This document shows, piece after piece, positions 9,435 through 18,600 of a stretch of 54,755 bases of DNA. Origin of the DNA: Candidatus Bathyarchaeota archaeon. GTDB lineage: Archaea > Thermoproteota > CALKCG01 > B24 > JAGTQN01. Under the pieces are notes generated by a model, which had not been told where the DNA came from, ran no database searches, and was given only the letters and a program-made list of their open reading frames with translations. How positions within the stretch are numbered: position 1 is the first letter of the stretch; each line of letters starts with the position of its first letter. A program made the position numbers and the translations under genes. The stretch lies in the NCBI GenBank assembly GCA_018396395.1, contig JAGTQN010000001.1:1-54755 (forward strand). Reading direction: 5' to 3'.

Positions 9435-10607
9435 CTAGAAGTCTGCTAGCGAACAATCCTCGTAGTATAGTCCTTGAAGGACTCCTTGGCTTCTGTAAGG
9501 ATGCTTCGCAACGGCCTCCTCATCTAACTCAATGCCTAACCCCGGACCTTCTGGTATGTAGGCATATCCTGGCTCATCCTTCAAGGCTGGCTTTGTGATT
9601 TCTCGCCTTATCCCTTGTCCTTCCCACATATGCTCTTGGAAGACATAGTTCGGTATAGAAGCATCGAGATGGAGGAAGGCGGCAGTACCTATAGGACTTG
9701 ACATGAGATGGGGCATGACTCCCACATTCGAAGCTTCGGCAATGGCTGCTATCTTTCGCCCTTCCGTGATACCTCCAGCAACTGTGAAGTCCGGGCGTAT
9801 AAGGCCAACTAAGCCTCGATCGATAAGCTCCTTAAACCCATAAAGGTCGAAGCATCTTTCTCCGGCAGCTATGGGAATGCTCGTCTTTCTGGCAACGTAA
9901 ATCATAGCCTCCATACTTTCAGGGGCTATGGGATCTTCCATGAAAAGAATTCGATACCTTTCTATTTCCCTAGCGAAGGTGACAGCTTGGATTGGTGTAA
10001 AGCGTCTATGGATCTCAACGCCAAGATCAATTCCATCCCCTACGGCTTCCCTGACAGCCTGCACCCTATCGACAGCTTGGGAAATCTCAAGACTACTAAC
10101 GATCCTTGGCCCTTCAGGGCCGAAGGGCCATATCCGAAGCACCGTGAATCCCCTCTTCACGGCTTTTGATGCCTCCTCGGCCGCCTCCTCTGGTGTGCTA
10201 CCACCTATCGTCAAGAAAGTTCGGCACTTCTCCCTATACTTTCCTCCGAGGAGTTGGTAGATGGGCAAATTCACGGACTTGCCTAGAATGTCCCAAAGGG
10301 CGATATCGATGGCAGCCATGGCTGAGTTCAGGACTCCTCCTCTAAAATGAAATCTTCTGAAGGGAAGTTGCGAATGATGTCCTATACGGAAAGGGTCCTT
10401 GCCTATGAGGAAGGATCCGAGCCTTCGAATGGCAACCTCGACGGTTTCTAGATGCGCCCAGAGGGTTGATTCCCCATAGCCTACAATTCCCTCATCCGTC
10501 TCAATTTTTACAATGAGCCATCTATCCACAAAGATGGGTTCAATACGTACAATCTTCAAAGCCTTACCATTACAGAATCTATGGGAACTTAAATAAAATA
10601 AGAGCAT
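9435..10607 (-). CDS. Mandelate racemase/enolase-superfamily sugar-acid dehydratase (galactonate dehydratase-like)
   Basis: IDIALWDILGK, PIYQLLGG, VEIH, FMEDP, AAGE and PEGPGLG motifs; true start probably ~10560. Confidence 0.88.
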   Translation of the reverse strand: MLLFYLSSHRFCNGKALKIVRIEPIFVDRWLIVKIETDEGIVGYGESTLWAHLETVEVAIRRLGSFLIGKDPFRIGHHSQLPFRRFHFRGGVLNSAMAAIDIALWDILGKSVNLPIYQLLGGKYREKCRTFLTIGGSTPEEAAEEASKAVKRGFTVLRIWPFGPEGPRIVSSLEISQAVDRVQAVREAVGDGIDLGVEIHRRFTPIQAVTFAREIERYRILFMEDPIAPESMEAMIYVARKTSIPIAAGERCFDLYGFKELIDRGLVGLIRPDFTVAGGITEGRKIAAIAEASNVGVMPHLMSSPIGTAAFLHLDASIPNYVFQEHMWEGQGIRREITKPALKDEPGYAYIPEGPGLGIELDEEAVAKHPYRSQGVLQGLYYEDCSLADF

Positions 10608-10745
10608 CGTTACTAAGGAAGCATTGGCGCTATTTAGAGCTCTTTATGGTGGATTTTAGAAGGTTGGACCCATCGTAACCAACGAATTCCTGATGAAGGA
10701 TGGAAAAGGATAGATAGATAAGATAGGATAGGAATAGAAGCCTGT

Positions 10746-10758
10746 GAAAAACTTTAAT
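10746..10758 (+). promoter_or_regulatory. Putative BRE/TATA promoter of pyrB
   Basis: GAAAAACTTTAAT lies ~33 nt upstream of the TTG start. Confidence 0.5.
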
Positions 10759-10791
10759 GGGCCTTCCTAAAAAATCTATCAGGGCATAGTT

Positions 10792-11712
10792 TTGACGGAG
10801 TTCAGGGGTAGAGACATCGTATCCATCGCCGATTTCAGTCGCCAGGAGCTGGACTATATTCTCAAAACTACGGATGGAATCGAAGACCTAGCCAAAAGAA
10901 AGCCCGACCTTATTAGAGGGAAGACCTGTGCTATACTGTTCTTCGAGCCCAGCACAAGGACAAGGTTGAGCTTTCAGGCGGCCGTCCAGAGGCTTGGAGG
11001 CTTTGTCCTAGACATGTCTGAACCAAGGACCAGTTCCATAGAAAAAGGGGAAAATCTCACAGATACTATAAGGGTTGTCCAAAACTATGCCGATGTGATT
11101 GTTTTAAGACATCCCCTAGAAGGCTCAGCCCGCTTGGCTGCCGAGGTGGCCGATGTACCCATCATAAATGCAGGATCCGGAGCCGAGGAGCATCCAACCC
11201 AAGCCATGCTAGACCTTTACACAATAATGCGGGAAATGGGGAGCATCGATGGCCTGAAGGTAGCTCTCCTTGGAGACCTTAGGTATGGAAGGACTGTTCA
11301 CAGCCTTGCCAGCGCCCTATCCCTCTATGATGTAAAACTTTACTTGGTTTCTCCAGAGACCCTTCGCATGCGAAGGGAGTTTGTCGAGCTTGCAAGGCAA
11401 CGCATAGAGGTTCAGGAATTTGAAAGCCTTGAACCAATCTTAAAAGATATCGACGTCCTCTATGTTACGAGAATCCAGAAGGAAAGGTTTGCGGATCCAG
11501 CCGAGTATGCGAAGCTGAAGGGCTACTACAAGATCACGGCAGAAACCGTAAGGAAAATGAAGCCAAACGCTATCATCATGCACCCCCTTCCCAAGGTGGA
11601 TGAAGTGGCACCAGAGGTGGACCTTATGCCCCAGGCTAGATACTTTAAACAGGTCTACTATGGGCTTCTGACGAGGATGGCCCTCCTTGCCCTAGTGCTA
11701 GGTGCCCTTTAG
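10792..11712 (+). CDS. pyrB: Aspartate carbamoyltransferase catalytic subunit
   Basis: FFEPSTRTRLSF, HPTQ, GDLRYGRTVHS, YVTRIQKERF and MHPLP motifs. Confidence 0.97.
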   Translation: MTEFRGRDIVSIADFSRQELDYILKTTDGIEDLAKRKPDLIRGKTCAILFFEPSTRTRLSFQAAVQRLGGFVLDMSEPRTSSIEKGENLTDTIRVVQNYADVIVLRHPLEGSARLAAEVADVPIINAGSGAEEHPTQAMLDLYTIMREMGSIDGLKVALLGDLRYGRTVHSLASALSLYDVKLYLVSPETLRMRREFVELARQRIEVQEFESLEPILKDIDVLYVTRIQKERFADPAEYAKLKGYYKITAETVRKMKPNAIIMHPLPKVDEVAPEVDLMPQARYFKQVYYGLLTRMALLALVLGAL

Positions 11713-11750
11713 CCCCTTCCCTAAGGAAATGGCTAATCATAGATAGATGT

Positions 11751-12470
11751 ATGTCAAAATCTGCAGAAATCTATAGGAAAAACCTTCCATTCTACTATCC
11801 TATCGTTGGAGACATTCCTCCATCAAGGGCAGCCCGATTTCTGGCAAAGGCCTTTCGGAAGGAAGATCGTTCTAGACTGACGGTCGTTGATGCGGGTTGT
11901 GGTGAAGGAAGGGATACCCTTTTTCTCCTAAGGGAGGGCTTTCATGTAATAGCCCTTGATGCTTCCGAGCGAAACTTGAAGGTTTTATCCCAAAAATCCA
12001 TCGAAGCTAATATAGCTTCTGGAATGCTCGAATGCCGTATAGCCGATCTTGCCAAGAAGATTCCCATAGGAGACTCGGAAGTTGATGCCCTTCTTGACGT
12101 ATGGGTTCTAGGTCCCATAATCCTACGGTACGATGGCAAAGCTGGTGCCATACGATACTTGAAGGAGGTCTATAGGGTTCTGAAGCTAGGAGGACTTTTC
12201 GTATCGGAGTTTGAAACCCTAATTCCCAATCTTTCCTCCGAGGAGCTGAAGAAGTACTTTGCAAACCTAGTGAAGGGTTTCTTCTCCATCATCACCTTGG
12301 AATCTATTGAGACAGATTATGTCCATTATCTAGCTATCCAAAATCTCCATAGGATTGAGGAGAACTCGGCAATCTTAGCCATAACCCAGAAGGAGGATAT
12401 TAGGCGAGGGGTTAAGAAATACCCTAAATTGAGTAAGACCCCTTCCTTTGACCCCTCAAGGGGATCTTAA
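11751..12470 (+). CDS. Class I SAM-dependent methyltransferase
   Basis: VVDAGCGEGRD is motif I; also ALDAS and RVLKLGG. Confidence 0.85.
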   Translation: MSKSAEIYRKNLPFYYPIVGDIPPSRAARFLAKAFRKEDRSRLTVVDAGCGEGRDTLFLLREGFHVIALDASERNLKVLSQKSIEANIASGMLECRIADLAKKIPIGDSEVDALLDVWVLGPIILRYDGKAGAIRYLKEVYRVLKLGGLFVSEFETLIPNLSSEELKKYFANLVKGFFSIITLESIETDYVHYLAIQNLHRIEENSAILAITQKEDIRRGVKKYPKLSKTPSFDPSRGS

Positions 12471-12533
12471 GAATGAAAGCTCCCTGAACCCATCCCAAAA
12501 CAGAAATAGACTAACCCAAAACCCAGGGTCCCT

Positions 12534-14570
12534 TTAATGCCTTCTCTCACATTTTATGTATCCGTAGCGCTCCATCTCCTTAAAGTAATCAAGAAGGCGT
12601 ATGTTGGATTCGCCTGTTTCACCCTCCACAAGTTCCTCTATCTCAGCCACAGAGCGGACTCCATCGCACCACATTTGGGCCGACTGGATAACGGATCCCT
12701 TCAATCCCCATTCATGGCATTTTCTCTGCCACTCTTTTCGCTCCTCGGCAGGTATCCGAGTCAGTTGGCAAGACCCAAGGACGAGACGTTTTGGCACTAT
12801 TCTTGATGCCTCACGCTTATATCCATCCATATCTATCCATCGCCTTTTCCTAGGCTTCCATGGCTGAAATCCCAGTTCCCTGGCTACCCTTTCGAGGCTC
12901 ATGGAAGCATAGGCTTTTAGATCTTCCTTAGCATCTTTAATCCTCTTTTGAAGGCTTTCGCTTCCAGCAAGGCGGGTCACCGATTCGATGGCGATTCCAT
13001 AGCGGGTTTGCAGGTAGTTTAGCCTTCGCCATAGCTTTTCTAAGGCCTTCGCTCCTTCCCCTTCCTTCCTTTCTCCATAAACTTCGTAAAAAGGGGTTAG
13101 GAAGCCCTCCAGCTCATCAAGAATTGTCCTTTTGGCCTCGATGAAGACTTCGGAAGCGAGCCATTGGGCCTCGACCTCTCCGGCATTGGCGATAAAGTAT
13201 GCATACGTTGCGACGGCACGACCTATCCAGGCAAGCCTTCTAGGATCGAGCTTGTCTGGCGTATCCATGGATGAATGGTAGAAGGTATATGGATACTCGA
13301 TTAAGAGAGGGCATGGAATCCCTATGGATGGGTCTGCAATCATGTTATCAGCCTTCATGAAGGGAACCTCGCGCCAATTAACCAGCATCTTATCCATCAT
13401 TGTTGAATGTTCGAGGATGAGCCTTAGGAGGGTATCCGTATAGGAGCTTTGGGCATGGGGGTTCCTCGAGAGGCTTAAGAATGCCCGGCATAGGGCTTCG
13501 TTCCCTCCTACGCAGTCCAGGGTTATAGCTGCGACGGTTCGTTGAAGAAGCTCAGGTCTCTCCAGAAGGGCTCCCATGGTCCCCATGCACTCATAAGTGA
13601 AGAGCATTCTTATTCCTCGTCTAGGCTTCTTGAGCCTTCCGGATTTGATGAGGGAGTTCAGACACCTCAAAACCTCTATTGCCAGACCACACCCACTCGC
13701 ATCGTCTATGGCTCCGACTTCGTACAAGTGCCCATTTATCAGGACCTCCTCATCGGTTTCACCTTTGATCAATCCTGTTACCACATCGATCGAACCATCG
13801 TAGAAGGAAGCATCGATCTCCGCATGGATCTGAAGCCTCCTTTCCTTTTTCATGAGTTCCCTAAGCCAATGTCCCTGTCTAGGCGTTAGGACAAAGCCCC
13901 AGAACTCAGGGTCCCCCTTCTTCATACCCCAGCCCCCAAATTCGGAGCTAAACCTATCCCAGTAGCGACAGTCGGGTAGTTCCATAGGTGGACGGTAGTA
14001 ATCGATGGCGGGAAGATAATCCGATACGATGCCAAGGGCGCCATGCCTCAAAGCCTCAAGGCGGGACGCCCTAGCCGAATCCCTTGTGAAGACAACCTTT
14101 CCCTTGACTTCCAAATCCTCATAATCTTGGGCTTTGGAACCTCCATCGACCATCACGAGCTCGGCTGTAATGCCCTCAGAAGGCGTGGGCTTACTGTATA
14201 CGACGAGGGAACATGGATCCTCTTTATAGTCGCAAAGCTTTACTTCGCCTAGACCTTCTTCCTTGCCCTCGCCCTTGGATCCCCATAGAAGCGTCAGTTT
14301 GGCCGATTTGGCCTTCCAAGCCCTCGGCATGACCCAGTCCCCATAAAGCTTTTCACCATCGGCAGGGAGCTCGAAGATCTCGCCCTCGAGTCCATACTCC
14401 TCCAATTTATGGAGGCAATAAAGGGCAGCCTCATGATGCCTATCGAAGGAAGACCAGCGATCGTGGTCATGGATGTGGGCGATCAAGTCTAGGGCATTCG
14501 TTCCGGATACATAGGGTCCTATCCTCTCGAAGAGTCTCCTAAACATAGCCTTCGCCTTCCATCCTTTCAT
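12534..14570 (-). CDS. M28-family aminopeptidase-like protein with PA domain (DUF4910-like)
   Basis: GHLYE, GAIDDASG, FTYECMG, TLDCVG and FYHSSMD motifs; start placed at ATG 14570, which overlaps the GNAT stop (ATGA coupling). Confidence 0.8.
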   Translation of the reverse strand: MKGWKAKAMFRRLFERIGPYVSGTNALDLIAHIHDHDRWSSFDRHHEAALYCLHKLEEYGLEGEIFELPADGEKLYGDWVMPRAWKAKSAKLTLLWGSKGEGKEEGLGEVKLCDYKEDPCSLVVYSKPTPSEGITAELVMVDGGSKAQDYEDLEVKGKVVFTRDSARASRLEALRHGALGIVSDYLPAIDYYRPPMELPDCRYWDRFSSEFGGWGMKKGDPEFWGFVLTPRQGHWLRELMKKERRLQIHAEIDASFYDGSIDVVTGLIKGETDEEVLINGHLYEVGAIDDASGCGLAIEVLRCLNSLIKSGRLKKPRRGIRMLFTYECMGTMGALLERPELLQRTVAAITLDCVGGNEALCRAFLSLSRNPHAQSSYTDTLLRLILEHSTMMDKMLVNWREVPFMKADNMIADPSIGIPCPLLIEYPYTFYHSSMDTPDKLDPRRLAWIGRAVATYAYFIANAGEVEAQWLASEVFIEAKRTILDELEGFLTPFYEVYGERKEGEGAKALEKLWRRLNYLQTRYGIAIESVTRLAGSESLQKRIKDAKEDLKAYASMSLERVARELGFQPWKPRKRRWIDMDGYKREASRIVPKRLVLGSCQLTRIPAEERKEWQRKCHEWGLKGSVIQSAQMWCDGVRSVAEIEELVEGETGESNIRLLDYFKEMERYGYIKCERRH

Positions 14571-15439
14571 TTCTGAAGATCCTTTCGTAGCTGATAGCCT
14601 GTCCAAAAGGATGGTAGCTGGGCATCCTGCCAGCCTTCCTTAAGGAGTTCCCCCTCCTCCACGTAGGGAATTGGAAGCTCCACTCCAACCCATCTATAAC
14701 CGCCAGTAGAAGCTCTATAGGCGAAGAGCTTAAGCATCCTAAAGGCATATGCCGAATCTTTAACGAAAATATAGCCTAGCGTAACAAGATCAGGATAGAC
14801 CTCATTCCTTCGACCTATGAGAATACCTACGATCTGGTTATCCGCAAGCACAGCCAATGCCTTTTCAGGATCTGATTCGTAGACGCTAAAGTAGGCTGAT
14901 ATGAAGCGTAAGTATTCTTCGCGATCCATAAGGGGGATGAAGTCCCTCAGCCCTTCCAAGGCTATAAGGCGGCTCTCCAAGCCTTCAGGAGGCTCCAGGC
15001 TTTTTCCAATGAGTTCTAGAACGAGACGCCTTCGAATGCCTACGCATTTGAAACCATACTTTTCGTAGAAGCGAAGAGCGAAGGGCGTACCAGTAAGGAT
15101 GGCCTTAAGACCTAAGCTACTAGCCTTTTCCTCTATAGCTTTTAAAAGCATGCCTCCTATTCCCATACCCTGAAACTTAGGATGGACCGCTATCCAATGG
15201 ATTGATGCATGGGCTTCGCCATCAGGGCTTCCGAAGATGAAGCCCACAACCTTCCCTTCGGAAGTCTCAGCCACGAAAAGCCAATCAGGCCACTGCCTCA
15301 TATATTGCACAAACCTTTGACCCATGAGCCTTGTAAGCCTAGCAGTCTCTAGGAAGGACTGGTTGGCAATCCTAACAATGTCGATGACATCCTCAAGCTT
15401 CATCGTTGTTATTCTAACCCTTGGTCTCGATTGTTCCAT
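14567..15439 (-). CDS. GNAT N-acetyltransferase (two-domain)
   Basis: IAVHPKFQGMGIG acetyl-CoA motif and ALRFYEKYGF. Confidence 0.88.
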   Translation of the reverse strand: MEQSRPRVRITTMKLEDVIDIVRIANQSFLETARLTRLMGQRFVQYMRQWPDWLFVAETSEGKVVGFIFGSPDGEAHASIHWIAVHPKFQGMGIGGMLLKAIEEKASSLGLKAILTGTPFALRFYEKYGFKCVGIRRRLVLELIGKSLEPPEGLESRLIALEGLRDFIPLMDREEYLRFISAYFSVYESDPEKALAVLADNQIVGILIGRRNEVYPDLVTLGYIFVKDSAYAFRMLKLFAYRASTGGYRWVGVELPIPYVEEGELLKEGWQDAQLPSFWTGYQLRKDLQK

Positions 15440-15621
15440 GAAACTTTTTTGGAGAAGGGCTATAATAAGGATAAGAAGGGAGAGGAATTGAAAAAGCTTT
15501 CAAGCCTTCCCTTAGGAAGGGGGCAGGCCGTGACGCACATCGAGAAACCTTAACCCAATCTTTAAACTTTAGTTTGAATGGGAATGATGGATGTGGTATG
15601 GGATAAAGGGGGGAAGACATT

Positions 15622-15634
15622 AAAAATTTAAATA
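15622..15634 (+). promoter_or_regulatory. Putative BRE/TATA promoter of the M28-FtsX gene
   Basis: AAAAATTTAAATA lies upstream of 15684/15696. Confidence 0.4.
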
Positions 15635-15683
15635 ATTAAGATAGGAACATTAATCTTGATAATTCATAGAGTCACTTTTTCGC

Positions 15684-18600
15684 GTGGGGTTCAGGATGTT
15701 TCCAGCAAGGAAGCCAATCGTTCATTCTTTAATTTTTTTATTAACATTTGTATTCCTGTGGAGCTTAGTATTCCTAAATCGACCTATACATGCATCAAAT
15801 AGCAATATTGTAGAAAAAGATGAAATTGTAGAGATCGTTAGAAATATTAATATTTCTAAAATTATACTCCATGCTAAATATTTTTCTAGTTTCGAATCGA
15901 GATATTCAGGTTATCCTGGATCTGATGCCGCAGCGGAGTATATTCGACAATATTTTGAGAGTTTAGGTTTAGTAGATGTAGAATTCCATGAATTTAACGT
16001 GACAGTACCCATCGACTATGGTACGAGCATTTCTTTACTCGGTCATGATGGACGGGAGAAGAGGGCCTTCAAAGCCTACACCCTAGAGCCAAACATGGTG
16101 GCACTTAGTCGAAGATCTTCTGAGGGATTGACTGGCAAGCTTGTCTATGTTGGCAAAGGTTACTTGGAAGAGATGAGCGGAAAAGATGTTGAAGGCAACA
16201 TCGTACTCATGGACTTTTCGGGAAGTAAAGACAACTGGATTAATGCCGCGAAATTAGGCGCGAAGGCCGTAGTCTTCATAGGAGAAGGCGATAGATATGA
16301 TGCCGCTCGGAAAAGTCTCTGGATCCCATTAGATTTTCCTAGAATCTTTGTCCCTGAGCCTAGCGGTTGTATGCTCAAAAAGGCTATAAACGAAACTGTC
16401 AGGGTTCTTTGTGATATGCGCTTTGAGCAAAGAACGGCAAAGAATGTAATTGGGTTCATCTATGGCAAGCAAATGCCTGAACAGTCCCTAATACTTACAG
16501 CTTACTATGACTCTTACTCTATTACTCCAGGATTTGCACCAGGTGCACAAGAATCTCTGGGCATATCAACGCTCCTTGAATTAGCACGTTTCTTCTCGGA
16601 ATATAGTAAGAGGGGAAGAGGGCCTAATAGAACCATCATGTTTGTAGCCTTCGCTGGGCATAACCAAGCTTTGTTAGGGGCAAGGGAGTTTACGGAACTA
16701 TTTCTCTTCGAGAGAAGATGGCAGAGCAAAGTTGGCTTAATGGATATGACCTACTACCCAATCATGATAAATCTTGACCTAGCCACAGACAACGACTGGG
16801 TGGTCAACCTAGGAGCAGGAGATGTATGCGCACTAGGCTATGGTACTCGAGGCCCTGCTTTCCAAGCTGTTCGATGGATCTATGATAGGTTTAAGGATGT
16901 TTACACACCTCAAATAATAGATGCTTGGAAGACTATATATGGCAGAACTTTCAGGATAGATCTTGACCCATACTATCCTGGCTCTAGAGCCCCCGAGCCC
17001 AATCACATAGTTATGGATAGTGAGCCTTACTTAGCCGCAGGGGCGAACGGATTCTCGTTCTATACAGCTTATAGTGAACGAAAGTACTACTCGACTCCAT
17101 TCGATACATATGAACGGTTGATGTGGAATAATCTTCAACCCCAAATTGAAACAATATTTTCTGTAATCTACATGCTACAGGCGGAACCCCAACTTAAGGA
17201 ACTCTCTACAGAGGTCACGCGTATTGGTGGGCGTCTTTATGGAGCCAACTACGGAAAATTATTCGGAAGAGTTGTAACTTTTAATCCCTCAATCAACCAA
17301 TATGAGGGAGTTTCCAAAGCTCTGGTAGCTATTCAGGGGCCGGGCCTTTATAGGTATATCCTTACAACTGATGAGGATGGCCTATTCACTGTCGTGGGGA
17401 TAACAGCATTCGGTACCAACTATGGAATATATCCCTTCTATCTGGACGAAAACGGTACTATCGAGTATGCTCCGGATTTTGGAATATACAGTTTCGGAAA
17501 TGATGTACAGATAACGATATGGAGGGGGGGCATCATCGGCACTCAAGAATATCCGCAGTATTTTACTGTTTTTAAGTGCGGATCTGTTGCTTTCTTCGAC
17601 TTATTAGCACCTAGAACCGGTTTTGCCTCAAGCGTCTTCCGAATTATGGACTTCAATACACACTCTACGCCCGCCCATTACAGTTTCTTCCCTCGGGAAG
17701 CAAGTCCTATTGTGGTTGCCTTCGTAGAACCCGGCACAAGGGTTGAGGCGATAGCCTTTCAAGCTGATGTGCCTATACCCTCCGCAATTATTTTGAACTC
17801 ATCGAGGATACGACCCCAAGGTAATGGGTACGAGGTCAAATACGGAAGACAACTTCTCGTGACGAATGCCTTGCTTAAGAATGCAGAAGATATATGGTTA
17901 CTGAATAACGAAAGAATCAACACATTCCTCCAATTTAATGTTTTTGAACCTGCCGCGGCCCAGCTTCATGACGCAGCTAAATCGATCTTGGATGCTTCTT
18001 GGGGCGCTTTTGAGAACAGGTCATATGGACTCGCCTTTACGAATGCTCAGCGGGCTTTGGGAGTTGAGACCAGGGCCTACGCCAGAATTCTGAGTTTATA
18101 TAACGAGACGATTAGCTCAACGATGTTCTTCTTCGCTCTCCTTGTTCCTTTCGTTTTCCTAGCTGAAAGGCTGTTCCTTTCGTGGAATGGTCCTAGAAGG
18201 CTTCTAGGCATCATTATGATCTTTATTATGGCGTTAGGCATGTTCGCTCTTTTCCATGCAGGCTTCCATCTAGGTGCAAATATGTTCATTGTCCTGATAG
18301 GCTTCGTTACGATGGCTCTTACATTACCCCTCGTACCAATTCTGGGCGGTCATGCTCAGTCAAGAATCTTAGAATGGCGGAGAGCAGTTGTAGGGCTTCA
18401 TTTCGCGGAGATAAGCAGAACGGGGGCCATTCTACTCTCGTTATCCTACGGAGTCCAGCAGATGAGAAAGCGGAGGCTTAGGACGACCCTAACCTTCACA
18501 TCGATCTTAATGATTGCCCTCGCTTTGGTTTCGATGACTTCTATGTCTGTACATAGCATAACACTACAACTTCCCACGGGAGGGGAGCCGACTCGGGTTG

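Noticed and set aside
10705..10740. GATA/GGATA-rich tract after a CTGATGA (possible box C/D sRNA or repeat array)
   Set aside because: Low complexity, no convincing D/D' boxes and no regular repeat unit.
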